The notes under the pieces: generated by a model
What the model saw: only the letters and a program-made list of their open reading frames with translations
What the model was told of the DNA's origin: nothing
Databases searched by the model: none
Origin: Candidatus Planktophila sp.
GTDB taxonomy: Bacteria; Actinomycetota; Actinomycetes; Nanopelagicales; Nanopelagicaceae
Assembly: GCA_040402315.1 (NCBI GenBank)
Contig: JBBAMU010000003.1
Coordinates: 1,453-65,452, forward strand
Direction of reading: 5' to 3'
Length of the DNA stretch: 64,000 nt
In this document: positions 29,129-39,224 of the stretch, piece by piece
How positions within the stretch are numbered: the stretch's first letter is position 1
How the letters are laid out: every line of letters begins with the position of its first letter
Program-made: the position numbers and the translations under genes

Positions 29129-29623
29129 ATGACAGTCATTCGTTCGGCTAAGACCGCTGATGTAAAGGCAATTCGCGAACTTGTCGATACTTATGCCGCG
29201 CCTGGACAAATGCTGGCAAAAGAAACTGTCACTCTCTATGAAAGCGTTCAAGAATTTATCATCGCCGAAGAAGATGGTGTAATTATTGGTTGTGGAGCAC
29301 TACACGTGCTCTGGGAAGATTTAGCAGAAGTGCGAACAGTTGCGGTGGCTAAGAATTGGCATAAAAAGGGTGTTGGACATCTGATTATGGAAGCAATCAT
29401 TGAGCGAGCTCGCACCGTTGGAGTGCAGCGAATCTTCTGTCTCACATTTCAAACTGAGTTCTTTGGCCGGCATGGTTTTGAAGAGATTCATGGCACACCC
29501 GTTGACCACGACGTGTATCAGCAGCTGCTTCGCTCCTACGATGCTGGCGTCGCCGAATTCCTGGATCTCGAGTCAGTCAAGCCAAATACCCTGGGCAACA
29601 CCCGCATGCTCCGCACTCTCTAG
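29129..29623 (+). CDS. argA: Short GNAT amino-acid N-acetyltransferase (ArgA-like)
   Basis: GCGALHVLWEDLAEVRTVAV, FCLTF, LGNTRM; usual actinobacterial position before clpC. Confidence 0.8.
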   Translation: MTVIRSAKTADVKAIRELVDTYAAPGQMLAKETVTLYESVQEFIIAEEDGVIIGCGALHVLWEDLAEVRTVAVAKNWHKKGVGHLIMEAIIERARTVGVQRIFCLTFQTEFFGRHGFEEIHGTPVDHDVYQQLLRSYDAGVAEFLDLESVKPNTLGNTRMLRTL

Positions 29624-29770
29624 CACCCGGTACCGCTGGTTAAATGTGGGAATATTCACCCCATATCTAGGGTTCTATGAGGCAGGTAGCTTTCTACCTC
29701 GCGCCCTGCCCGGGTGGGGTTATAGGCTTATGGGTACCAATCTGAGAGTTAAAAATAAAGGAGTCCGCCA

Positions 29771-32272
29771 ATGTTTGAGCGCTTTACCGATCGAGCTCGA
29801 CGAGTAGTTGTCCTAGCTCAAGAAGAGGCACGCATGCTCAATCATAATTACATTGGCACAGAGCACATCCTCCTTGGCCTCATCCATGAAGGTGAAGGCG
29901 TCGCTGCTAAAGGTCTGGAATCACTCGGCATCTCTCTTGAAGGTGTTCGCGCACAGGTTGAAGAAATTATTGGCCAAGGTCAACAAGCACCAAGTGGTCA
30001 TATTCCATTTACACCTCGCGCAAAGAAAGTTCTTGAACTCTCACTCCGGGAAGCACTTCAACTTGGCCACAACTACATTGGTACTGAACATATTTTGCTT
30101 GGGCTCATTCGTGAAGGTGAAGGCGTTGCCGCACAAGTTCTCGTAAAGCTTGGCGCAGATCTCAACCGAGTTCGCCAACAAGTAATCCAACTTCTTTCTG
30201 GCTATCAAGGTAAAGAAACTGTTGCGCAAGGTGGTCCGGCCGAAGGAACACCTTCAACTTCACTCATACTCGATCAATTCGGTCGTAACCTCACAGCAGC
30301 TGCACGTGAAGGCAAACTTGATCCTGTTATCGGCCGCGACCTAGAGATTGAACGTGTGATGCAGATTCTTTCTCGCCGCACAAAAAATAACCCAGTTCTT
30401 ATTGGTGAACCTGGAGTCGGAAAGACTGCAGTTGTTGAAGGCTTAGCGCAAGCAATTGCGAAAAACGATGTGCCAGAAACTTTGAAAGATAAGCAGCTTT
30501 ACTCACTAGATCTAGGCGCACTCGTTGCCGGTTCTCGCTACCGTGGTGATTTCGAAGAGCGCCTTAAGAAAGTTCTGAAAGAAATCAAGACACGTGGCGA
30601 CATCATTATCTTTATCGATGAGATTCATACCCTGGTCGGAGCAGGAGCAGCCGAAGGTGCGATTGATGCGGCCAGTATTTTGAAGCCGATGCTTGCTCGT
30701 GGCGAGCTCCAGACAATAGGTGCCACCACACTTGATGAATACCGTAAGCACATCGAAAAAGATGCCGCGTTGGAACGACGCTTCCAACCTATCCAGGTGA
30801 AAGAGCCTTCAGTTGCTCACACCATTGAGATTCTTAAGGGTCTTCGTGATCGCTATGAAACACACCACCGCGTATCAATTACTGATGGCGCACTAGCAGC
30901 GGCTGCAAATATGGCAGATCGCTATGTTTCAGATCGCTTCCTGCCTGATAAAGCAATTGACCTAATTGATGAGGCAGGTTCACGTCTTCGCATTAAGCGC
31001 ATGACAGCTCCAGCTGAACTTCGTGAATTTGATGACAAGATTGCCGAAGCTCGCAAGGCCAAGGAATCTGCAATCGATGCCCAAGATTTTGAAGGTGCAG
31101 CATCATTTCGCGATAACGAGAAGACACTTATTCAAGAGAAGCAGGAAGCAGAAAAGAATTGGAAGGCTACCGACCTCGATAAGGTCACTGAAGTTGATGA
31201 AGAGCTCATTGCGCAAGTCTTATCTGCATCGACTGGTATTCCAGTCTTTAAGTTAACTGAAGAAGAGACTGCTCGCCTGCTTCGCATGGAAGATGAACTC
31301 CATCGTCGTGTGATCGGTCAAGACCAAGCAATCAAGGCGCTTTCGCAAGCAATCCGCCGCACACGTGCAGGTCTTAAAGATCCAAAGCGTCCAGGTGGAT
31401 CATTTATCTTCGCTGGCCCATCAGGTGTTGGTAAGACAGAACTTTCTCGCACCCTGGCATCATTCTTATTTGGTGATGAGGCTGCGCTGATTCAGCTTGA
31501 TATGTCTGAATACTCAGAACGTCACACTGCATCACGCTTATTTGGTTCACCTCCGGGATATGTTGGCTATGACGAAGGTGGTCAGCTCACTGAAAAGGTG
31601 CGTCGTCGTCCGTTCTCGGTTGTGCTCTTTGATGAGATTGAAAAGGCTCACCCAGATATCTTCAACTCACTCTTACAGGTCCTAGAAGATGGTCGTTTGA
31701 CCGATGCCCAAGGTCGCTCGGTTGACTTTAAAAACACAGTCATCATCATGACCACAAATCTTGGAACACGTGATATCTCGAAGTCACTCGGACTTGGCTT
31801 TGCCAACGCCGATGATGACCTCACAAATTACGATCGCATGAAGGGAAAGGTACAAGACGAACTCAAGAACCATTTCCGTCCAGAGTTCCTGAACCGCATC
31901 GATGATGTCATCGTCTTCCACCAGCTCACTAGGGATCAGATCATTCAGATTGTTGATCTCATGATTGCTAACCTCGATGAGCGCTTGAAAGCCAAAGATA
32001 TGGGTATCGAACTCACCCAGGCTGCCAAAGACTTACTTGCAGCTCGAGGTTATGACCCACTACTAGGTGCGCGTCCACTTCGTCGAGTGATTCAACGAGA
32101 GATCGAAGATTCACTCTCTGAGCGCATTCTCTTTGGAGAGCTCAAGGCTGGCGAGATTATTGTGGTCGATGTTGAAGGCGCCGATGCTGATGCGAAGTTC
32201 ACCTTTAAGGGTGCACCGAAGGTATTAATGCCAGATAGCCCAGAGGATTTAGCACAGGCACCTACTGCTTAA
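29771..32272 (+). CDS. clpC: ATP-dependent Clp protease ATP-binding subunit ClpC
   Basis: [22 protein letters not shown]-domain; two AAA modules ([16 protein letters not shown]). Confidence 0.98.
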   Translation: MFERFTDRARRVVVLAQEEARMLNHNYIGTEHILLGLIHEGEGVAAKGLESLGISLEGVRAQVEEIIGQGQQAPSGHIPFTPRAKKVLELSLREALQLGHNYIGTEHILLGLIREGEGVAAQVLVKLGADLNRVRQQVIQLLSGYQGKETVAQGGPAEGTPSTSLILDQFGRNLTAAAREGKLDPVIGRDLEIERVMQILSRRTKNNPVLIGEPGVGKTAVVEGLAQAIAKNDVPETLKDKQLYSLDLGALVAGSRYRGDFEERLKKVLKEIKTRGDIIIFIDEIHTLVGAGAAEGAIDAASILKPMLARGELQTIGATTLDEYRKHIEKDAALERRFQPIQVKEPSVAHTIEILKGLRDRYETHHRVSITDGALAAAANMADRYVSDRFLPDKAIDLIDEAGSRLRIKRMTAPAELREFDDKIAEARKAKESAIDAQDFEGAASFRDNEKTLIQEKQEAEKNWKATDLDKVTEVDEELIAQVLSASTGIPVFKLTEEETARLLRMEDELHRRVIGQDQAIKALSQAIRRTRAGLKDPKRPGGSFIFAGPSGVGKTELSRTLASFLFGDEAALIQLDMSEYSERHTASRLFGSPPGYVGYDEGGQLTEKVRRRPFSVVLFDEIEKAHPDIFNSLLQVLEDGRLTDAQGRSVDFKNTVIIMTTNLGTRDISKSLGLGFANADDDLTNYDRMKGKVQDELKNHFRPEFLNRIDDVIVFHQLTRDQIIQIVDLMIANLDERLKAKDMGIELTQAAKDLLAARGYDPLLGARPLRRVIQREIEDSLSERILFGELKAGEIIVVDVEGADADAKFTFKGAPKVLMPDSPEDLAQAPTA

Positions 32273-32319
32273 TTGCACGCACTTAACTGCGGGCTCATTA
32301 GTAACTTCTTTTTCATGCA

Positions 32320-33687
32320 TCAATCACCAGTGATTTTTACGCGTGCCAGGGCTTGATCAAGACGAGAAACTTCGACAATCTCCATTCCATCTATCTTCAC
32401 ATCAGAGCCAGCTGGAACCAAGGCGCGTTTGAAACCTAGCCGATATGCCTCAGCTAATCTGCGCGAGACACCGCTTACTTTGCGAATCTCACCTGCCAAC
32501 CCAACTTCGCCAATGGCAACGAGATCTGCGGGTAGCGCCAAGCCCTTAGCAGCCGATGCAACGGCAAGTGCGAGAGCTAAATCGGCAGCAGGTTCGGACA
32601 TCTTCATGCCACCGACAGTTGCCGCATAAACATCGCGCCCACCCACTCGAACGTGGGCGCGCAACTCGAGCACGGCAAGTGTCATAGAGGTACGAGCAGC
32701 ATCGAGACCACTTGTTACCCGGCGGGCATTTCCAAAGTCATTCTCACGCCCAGCGCTAACTAGCGCTTGAATCTCGGCAAGAAGTGGGCGACGACCTTCC
32801 AGGGTAACGGTGACACATGTTCCAGGAACTGGTTCAGTGTGCCGAGAAGTAAAGAGCCCGGTGGGGTCGAGCACACTTTCAATTCCAGTATCACTTAAAT
32901 CAAAGCAACCAACTTCATCACTGGCGCCAAAACGATTCTTAATAGCGCGAATTAGGCGAAGTCGTGAGTGACGTTCGCCTTCGAATTGAAGAACTACATC
33001 GACGATATGTTCGAGCAAGCGCGGACCGGCGATAGAACCATCTTTTGTCACGTGACCAACTAAGAGCAGCGTGATATCGCGATCCTTGCAGATGCGAATG
33101 AGCGCCCCTGCTACTTCTCGAACTTGTGTTACGCCGCCAGGTGAACCATCGGCGGTAGCTGAACCGATAGTTTGCACTGAGTCGATAATAAGTAACTCGG
33201 GCTTGACCGCATCGATATGTGCAATGACTGCGCCTAAATCTGTTTCCGAGGCAAGAAATAATTGTGGGTTAATCGCATTAATGCGCTCTGCCCGCAAGCG
33301 AACTTGGGAAGCAGATTCTTCACCGGAAATATAGAGTGCGGTAATTCCTTTGGCAGCACTTTGTGCGGCAACCGAGAGTAGGAGAGTTGATTTACCAACG
33401 CCGGGTTCGCCGGCAAGTAATATGGCCGCACCCGGTACAAGTCCGCCACCGAGTACTCGATCTAACTCTGATACTCCGGTTGGTCTTGCGTGCGCAGCCG
33501 ATAGGTCGACATCGCCAATTGCCATTGCTTTATTGGTAACAGAACCTGCAACGAGTGAGAGCTTCTTTGGCGCAGCAAGTTCTTCAACTGTGCCCCATGC
33601 CTGGCATTCTCCGCAGCGACCAACCCACTTCTGTGAACTCCAGCCGCATTCAAAACAGCGAAATGGGTCCTTCTCAACTTTGGCCAT
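32320..33687 (-). CDS. radA: DNA repair protein RadA/Sms
   Basis: C4 zinc finger, GEPGVGKST, KNRFG, Lon-like C-terminus. Confidence 0.97.
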   Translation of the reverse strand: MAKVEKDPFRCFECGWSSQKWVGRCGECQAWGTVEELAAPKKLSLVAGSVTNKAMAIGDVDLSAAHARPTGVSELDRVLGGGLVPGAAILLAGEPGVGKSTLLLSVAAQSAAKGITALYISGEESASQVRLRAERINAINPQLFLASETDLGAVIAHIDAVKPELLIIDSVQTIGSATADGSPGGVTQVREVAGALIRICKDRDITLLLVGHVTKDGSIAGPRLLEHIVDVVLQFEGERHSRLRLIRAIKNRFGASDEVGCFDLSDTGIESVLDPTGLFTSRHTEPVPGTCVTVTLEGRRPLLAEIQALVSAGRENDFGNARRVTSGLDAARTSMTLAVLELRAHVRVGGRDVYAATVGGMKMSEPAADLALALAVASAAKGLALPADLVAIGEVGLAGEIRKVSGVSRRLAEAYRLGFKRALVPAGSDVKIDGMEIVEVSRLDQALARVKITGD

Positions 33688-33713
33688 AGTCCTAGATTAG
33701 ACCAGAGAACTGA

Positions 33714-34523
33714 CTACTTACCGGCTGCGATTGTGGCTGGGTGTTGAATAACGAAGAGCGGTAGCGAGCGAGCCTGAGCATCTTTGATGCCGGCAATTCG
33801 TTTATCGCAATGCTGGGCAAGAACTGCATAGGCATCTTTACCCATGAGATGTTGCAATTCTGCCTTATTGGAAATGTAGACAGGTTCGCTACCTACGTGA
33901 GCATCGGTATTACTTGTGCAGTACCAATCAAAATCATCTCCACCATCGCCCCAAGCAAGACGCTCGTATTCACCGATGACGGTGATTTGGTATTCACGTT
34001 CGCCAACTTCGCGAGTTTCAAAACTGCGACGCAGTGGTAGTTGCCAACAGACGTCGGGTTTTGTATCTACAAAGTGAATTTCTCGCTGCTGTGCCAGGTG
34101 ATGCAATACGCAACCAAATGATCCAGTAAATCCTGGTGCTTCATGACCCTTGCGGTTGAGAAATATGCATGCGTTGTCTACGGTGCGAGTCTTACGTTCT
34201 TTATCTTCATCTAAATCGGTAATACGAAGCTTGCCGCCAGCTTTCTTTGGGCGAGCCTCTTCATAGAATTGCCACATTTCAGGAGTCAGATATTGCGCTG
34301 CCTTACGTACGCGCTCTTCATCATCCTCATCTGAATACATCGCACCTTCGGTGCAGCATCCATCATTCGGGCGATCCTTAAATACACCTTGGCAGCCATC
34401 GCCATAGATACAGGTCCAGAATGAGGTCAACCATGTGAGGTCGCACTTGAAAATTTCTTCTTCATCATTTGGATCTGCAAATTCGACCCAATCACGTGCA
34501 AAACCTGGCTTTATCTCTGACAT
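33714..34523 (-). CDS. Conserved actinobacterial Cys-rich protein (DUF3109-like, probable Zn/Fe-S binding)
   Basis: WTCIYGDGCQG, GCCTEG, CIFL, CVLH, KPDVCWQLP; start set to ATG 34523 to avoid overlap with proC. Confidence 0.72.
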   Translation of the reverse strand: MSEIKPGFARDWVEFADPNDEEEIFKCDLTWLTSFWTCIYGDGCQGVFKDRPNDGCCTEGAMYSDEDDEERVRKAAQYLTPEMWQFYEEARPKKAGGKLRITDLDEDKERKTRTVDNACIFLNRKGHEAPGFTGSFGCVLHHLAQQREIHFVDTKPDVCWQLPLRRSFETREVGEREYQITVIGEYERLAWGDGGDDFDWYCTSNTDAHVGSEPVYISNKAELQHLMGKDAYAVLAQHCDKRIAGIKDAQARSLPLFVIQHPATIAAGK

Positions 34524-34553
34524 AGTCGCAGAGCCTACGCGTACTCTTTCGCC

Positions 34554-35369
34554 ATGGCTAATTACAAAGGCATCTCCAGAGTTGGCATCATCGGTGCCGG
34601 AACTATGGGTGAAGCATTTATTGCAGCCCTTATTCGTTCCGGAATGCAACCCGCTGTAATTGCCATTGTTGTACGCAGACAAGAGCGTGGCCAAGAGCTG
34701 GCAAAGAAGTACGGTGTCACAGTCGTTGGGTTAGCTGAAACCATCTCTTCATCTGATGTTCTCCTCCTAGGAATAAAACCCCAGGGTCTCTCAGATTTAT
34801 TGCCTGAAATTGCGCCGCATCTGCGGCCCCAAACTCTCGTGATCTCCCTCCTTGCCGGCAAAACCATCGCCGCAATCTCAGAAGGTCTAAGTGGCCATAG
34901 AGCTATCGTCCGTGTGATGCCAAACACTCCCACCTTAGTTGGTAAAGGTATGGCCGGTTACTCACTGGCTGCTGGTGTTAGCGAAGATCAGACGAAGTTT
35001 GTCAAACAACTACTAACCGCAACCGGAAAGTCACTCCTTATTCCAGAAGATTTGCAAAATGCAATTACCGGAACAAGTGGCTCAGGTCCGGCCTACTTCT
35101 TCCGATTCGTTGAAGCGATGATTGAGGGATCTGTTGCACTCGGTCTATCACGCGAGGATGCAACTACTCTTACGGTGCAAACAATCGTAGGATCTGCCGC
35201 AATGTTGGAAGAATCCGGTGATAGCCCAACTGTTCTTCGCGAAAAAGTTACCAGCCTGAAAGGTGCAACTGCCCAAGCACTTGAAGTCTTTGATGAAGCG
35301 GGAATTTCAAAGATTGTCGCCGATGCGATGGCAGCCTCTGCCAAACGTGCCGCAGAGTTAGCGCAGTAA
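34554..35369 (+). CDS. proC: Pyrroline-5-carboxylate reductase
   Basis: GIIGAGTMG, IKPQ, RVMPNTP, SGSGPAY. Confidence 0.95.
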   Translation: MANYKGISRVGIIGAGTMGEAFIAALIRSGMQPAVIAIVVRRQERGQELAKKYGVTVVGLAETISSSDVLLLGIKPQGLSDLLPEIAPHLRPQTLVISLLAGKTIAAISEGLSGHRAIVRVMPNTPTLVGKGMAGYSLAAGVSEDQTKFVKQLLTATGKSLLIPEDLQNAITGTSGSGPAYFFRFVEAMIEGSVALGLSREDATTLTVQTIVGSAAMLEESGDSPTVLREKVTSLKGATAQALEVFDEAGISKIVADAMAASAKRAAELAQ

Positions 35370-36559
35370 TGAGAAGAATTGCACTTCTTCTCGTAATATC
35401 TTTAGCACTGGCTCAACCAGCGCAAGCAGTGCAAAAGAAAATAGCTGTGAAGAAAGTGACAACTCTTTTGAGTGTTCCTGGTGCCGAGATGCTGGCGGTG
35501 TCTGGCTCCTCCATCATCACCATTGCAACGATAGATTCACAAACAACTGATATCGCTCTCAGTGCAGTTGATGGAGCAGGTGTGTTGTTATGGGAGAAAG
35601 TACTTGATTCAGGTGTTGATGAAGTTGCCATGGCAATAACAGTTGATGGTGCGGCAAATGTGTGGCTGGCCGGCTTTTCATCGCAAGTAAAGAGTGCATC
35701 AGAAGAGACAGTAACTGTCGTAGCTGAAAACCCTGATGCCATAGCGCCGGAAGCTCCTCAAAAATTGAGAGGAGATCTCAACGTGCTCACCGTGTGGAAG
35801 ATATCCCCCATGGGTGAACTGCTAGCAACCTATACATCTCAATACGATCTTCCTGGCCTGATTAACTCTATTTCAGTAAATAAATCTGGGTTATCTATTA
35901 CCGGAGTACTTTCCGATAGAACATTTCTGCAGAACATGAGCGCCACAGGTGAATTCTCACAACAAGTAAGTATCGGTACAGCTAAGACCACAATTAACGC
36001 TGTTGTTCGAAATAGTGATGGCGGCTCATCACTAATTGGTTCGAGTACTGAAACTCTAGGAGGAAAGAAGTTAGCTGGAATTCGCGACGGTGTACTTGTT
36101 AAAGTCACCAAGGCAGGAGCAATCTCTTCCGTAGTTCGAAGCACTGCCATCAAAGGTGATCGCTCGTGGTTAAGTGCCGATTCGAGTTTGCTCTTAAGTG
36201 GTTATGTGAAAGTTGGAAAAATTACCGAAACTGCCATTACAAAATTTACTTCAACGTTTGTACCTACTTGGACAATCAGGTTCTCCTCCATCGGTCAATC
36301 ACGGGCAATTACTGCAGCTGGTTCAAGTTATGCAGCGATAGTTTCAAAATCGGTGATTGCATCAATCATAGGATGGAAGCCAAGTAAGTCGCAGTTACTT
36401 GTAATCGCATTTGATTCAAAAGGAATTATGACAAGTGCATTTGGTTCATCCGAACTTAGTAACCCTATTGCACTGGCCTACTCAAAAGAGTTGGGTCTTG
36501 TGGGTCTTGCGCAAAGTACAGATCAGGCGCCAACCATATTTCGTATCGCTGCCCGTTAA
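35369..36559 (+). CDS. Secreted hypothetical protein, beta-rich (possible propeller)
   Basis: Signal peptide ending PAQA; start overlaps the proC stop; 396 aa ORF. Confidence 0.7.
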   Translation: MRRIALLLVISLALAQPAQAVQKKIAVKKVTTLLSVPGAEMLAVSGSSIITIATIDSQTTDIALSAVDGAGVLLWEKVLDSGVDEVAMAITVDGAANVWLAGFSSQVKSASEETVTVVAENPDAIAPEAPQKLRGDLNVLTVWKISPMGELLATYTSQYDLPGLINSISVNKSGLSITGVLSDRTFLQNMSATGEFSQQVSIGTAKTTINAVVRNSDGGSSLIGSSTETLGGKKLAGIRDGVLVKVTKAGAISSVVRSTAIKGDRSWLSADSSLLLSGYVKVGKITETAITKFTSTFVPTWTIRFSSIGQSRAITAAGSSYAAIVSKSVIASIIGWKPSKSQLLVIAFDSKGIMTSAFGSSELSNPIALAYSKELGLVGLAQSTDQAPTIFRIAAR

Positions 36560-36561
36560 AT

Positions 36562-38937
36562 CTAGGGACGAAACATTGAGAGCTGGCCTTTATAGCCGGC
36601 AACTAAATATCGAACTCGATTTACGACAACCCAGGCCGAGGCAATCCCATCCTGATTTTCTTCAGTAGCAACTAACTTTATGGATGGCGTGCCCCGTGAA
36701 TGATCTAGGACGCATAACCTTTGCGCGCAATTAAAAGCCGTGGCATCACCATCTGTATTTAGGAATTTACTTGGCGCGCCAAAGTTTTCCGGGGTAATTA
36801 CATTTTGCTCAGGGGTGCTTTGTACTGTGCTCCAACGAATTCGATTAGGCCTTGGCATTGTTGCCGGACTAGCAATCATCCAACTTGCCTTGATTCCAGT
36901 AAGAGTCTTTGCGATAGAGATATCGTAACCAGCCATCGGAGTAAAGGACCCGGAAGCATCGAGGTTGTAATAACTCCAAGGCAAGGTGGAAAGTGTGTCG
37001 CGTGATGCAACCCGCACTTCACCCGATGTTGCTTCTTTGCGCTGATTAATTGTCAGAACAGAGTCATAAATAACAAAGGTCTTTCGGCCGTCATAGACAG
37101 CCTTGAGGTGAAATGCCACATCACCTGTACTGCGGCCATCAGTCTTACGATCTCCATCGACTAACTCATAACTCCACTTAGTTGCACCTTTTGGTTTGGC
37201 AGCGCCCAAGAGAATGCCTTGGCTCTCATCACGATAGAAGACTTGAATTCCAGCTGTCGTTGCTACGCAAGCATTTGAAACGCTGACATCACTTGCAGTG
37301 CGCACACGGATAGGGTCCTTGTAATCATTTACCGCAGTGCCATTTCCATCGATGATTTCGTAGGTAAATGTCTTACCGTCATAACGTGCGTAGTGCAGAT
37401 CTCGATCTACCTTTTCGGAGTAGAAGATATGCAGAGTTTGACTTGTTCCCGACCCATTCACACATGTTGATATTGGGCTGGTAATGGGGCTCTTAGTACG
37501 TGGGGTGCTTCCACCTGTGCCATCAACAGTGAGCTTCTTCCAACTCATACCTTCCCACGTTGCAATCTTCAGACGCCCATTATTGGAATCGGTATAGAGC
37601 AGGGTTGGTTTTCTATTGAAGTTAATGCTCGTTACATTCTTGGCATCTGATGCATTATCGATAACAAATCGCTTCCACGCTGCGGTCGGGGTAATTGGAG
37701 CGGTAATCACGGCATCAGAAGTTCCGTTGGAATTGGATGCCACAATGCTGAAGGGATAACTGGTGCCATTCTTAAGGCCAGTAAAGGTTATGGGAGATGA
37801 CATTGCGCTTATCACTTGATCTGTCTTGAGATTTCGGACCGAGTAACTTGTTATTTGGGCAGAGCGAGCATTTGCTGGTGGGTCGAAGGTAACAATGACA
37901 GAGCTATCGGAGATCAGCGCCGCAGCATTTCGCACCACCTGTGGAATTCCAACGGCCACACCCACGGGAGGCTTACGACGCATATCTTCCATCATGGCAA
38001 GTAGTAGCGGGCCAGGTTCGCGAAAGATTTCACCGGCATCAAGATTAGGTGTCATGATGCGATTTAGTTCAGATTTTGAATATGTTGCTTCATCTAAATG
38101 ACTGACTGAAGATCCCTCCTCATATCGCGCAGGTGTATATAGAAGTGGCTTTACACCTCCGTTGGCTGCTATTCCAAAGGCGCCAGACCACACAAGAGTT
38201 GATGTCATAGCTTTGCCAAGTTCAAGTGATGGAGAAGGAAGGTCGGCAAGTCTTCGACCATCTGGTAATTGCGCATATGCATCGTATGGTGTGGGTTGCT
38301 CAATAGTTCCGTAACCAAAGAGATCATCGTAGGAATCGGTTGAGAGAAAACCTAGGCCATGTCCCATTTCATGCAAGAAGACAGATTGGAGATCGTATTC
38401 AGTTACGCGCGGGGCGCCATCGTTACGAGTATTCCAACCCGCAGTTGAATTCACTTGGATAACCATTTCTGGATTATTGGAATCTAAATCTTTACCTGCC
38501 AGAGCGTTTGCCAAAGCCGATGGGTACCAGAGACTTGGGTCAGGTGCACCATCAAAGCCGGAATAGTAATTTCCTGGTCGCGCGCTACCCAGAACGCTAT
38601 AGGCAGCTACCCGGCTCCACGTTGCCTCGATAGTGATTGGAACGCTCGATTTAAAATTAGCACCCCATATATCTACCGCTGCTTGGAAATCTTTCTTCGC
38701 CCATTCTGGAAAATTCTGATAGATAATAACAAACTTAGATTTCTGTTCTAAATAAGCAACCTTTGGCGCACGGGTTTGCGTCTTTGCTACGGATGGTCCG
38801 GCATAGATATATCCCCAGGTAGTAGCTGGTGCGACCTTGAAATTATTAAGAGCATATGACTGGACTGGAGTGAGAAGGGAGAGAGCAAGAGTGAAGATTG
38901 TGAGAGCGCTGCCAGCTCTTGGTTTCATGCCTCTCAT
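36562..38937 (-). CDS. Secreted zinc metalloprotease with Fn3 domain and C-terminal repeat domain
   Basis: Signal peptide; LHEMGHGLGF; Fn3 pattern (V.F.PP...ITSY...GLKNGTSY.F.I.A.N..G.S); W/Y..E.VDG repeats. Confidence 0.75.
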   Translation of the reverse strand: MRGMKPRAGSALTIFTLALSLLTPVQSYALNNFKVAPATTWGYIYAGPSVAKTQTRAPKVAYLEQKSKFVIIYQNFPEWAKKDFQAAVDIWGANFKSSVPITIEATWSRVAAYSVLGSARPGNYYSGFDGAPDPSLWYPSALANALAGKDLDSNNPEMVIQVNSTAGWNTRNDGAPRVTEYDLQSVFLHEMGHGLGFLSTDSYDDLFGYGTIEQPTPYDAYAQLPDGRRLADLPSPSLELGKAMTSTLVWSGAFGIAANGGVKPLLYTPARYEEGSSVSHLDEATYSKSELNRIMTPNLDAGEIFREPGPLLLAMMEDMRRKPPVGVAVGIPQVVRNAAALISDSSVIVTFDPPANARSAQITSYSVRNLKTDQVISAMSSPITFTGLKNGTSYPFSIVASNSNGTSDAVITAPITPTAAWKRFVIDNASDAKNVTSINFNRKPTLLYTDSNNGRLKIATWEGMSWKKLTVDGTGGSTPRTKSPITSPISTCVNGSGTSQTLHIFYSEKVDRDLHYARYDGKTFTYEIIDGNGTAVNDYKDPIRVRTASDVSVSNACVATTAGIQVFYRDESQGILLGAAKPKGATKWSYELVDGDRKTDGRSTGDVAFHLKAVYDGRKTFVIYDSVLTINQRKEATSGEVRVASRDTLSTLPWSYYNLDASGSFTPMAGYDISIAKTLTGIKASWMIASPATMPRPNRIRWSTVQSTPEQNVITPENFGAPSKFLNTDGDATAFNCAQRLCVLDHSRGTPSIKLVATEENQDGIASAWVVVNRVRYLVAGYKGQLSMFRP

Positions 38938-38972
38938 AGCGCCCAACGCTATCAGGATGCGAGAATGCAGTC

Positions 38973-39224
38973 ATGGTCACAGTCACGGTTTATTCACGCC
39001 AAGGCTGTCATCTCTGTGAAATTGCGGAGAAAACTCTTCAGGAGTTGGTCGAAGAGTTAGCCTTTACTTTGGAAATACTATTTATAGATGGTAACACCGA
39101 GCTGGAAAAGTTATATGGAACAGAAGTTCCGGTTATTCATATCAATGGCGAACACCATGATTTCTATAGAATTGACCCGTTGAGATTTAAAACTTGCCTT
39201 GAAAAATATCGTCAGCATCAATAA
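38973..39224 (+). CDS. Glutaredoxin-like protein (DUF836/NrdH-like)
   Basis: YSRQGCHLC CxxC and VPV motif. Confidence 0.88.
   Translation: MVTVTVYSRQGCHLCEIAEKTLQELVEELAFTLEILFIDGNTELEKLYGTEVPVIHINGEHHDFYRIDPLRFKTCLEKYRQHQ

Noticed and set aside
34524-34694. N-terminal extension of the 326 aa minus-strand ORF
   Set aside because: It overlaps proC head to head; ATG 34523 has its own -10 element
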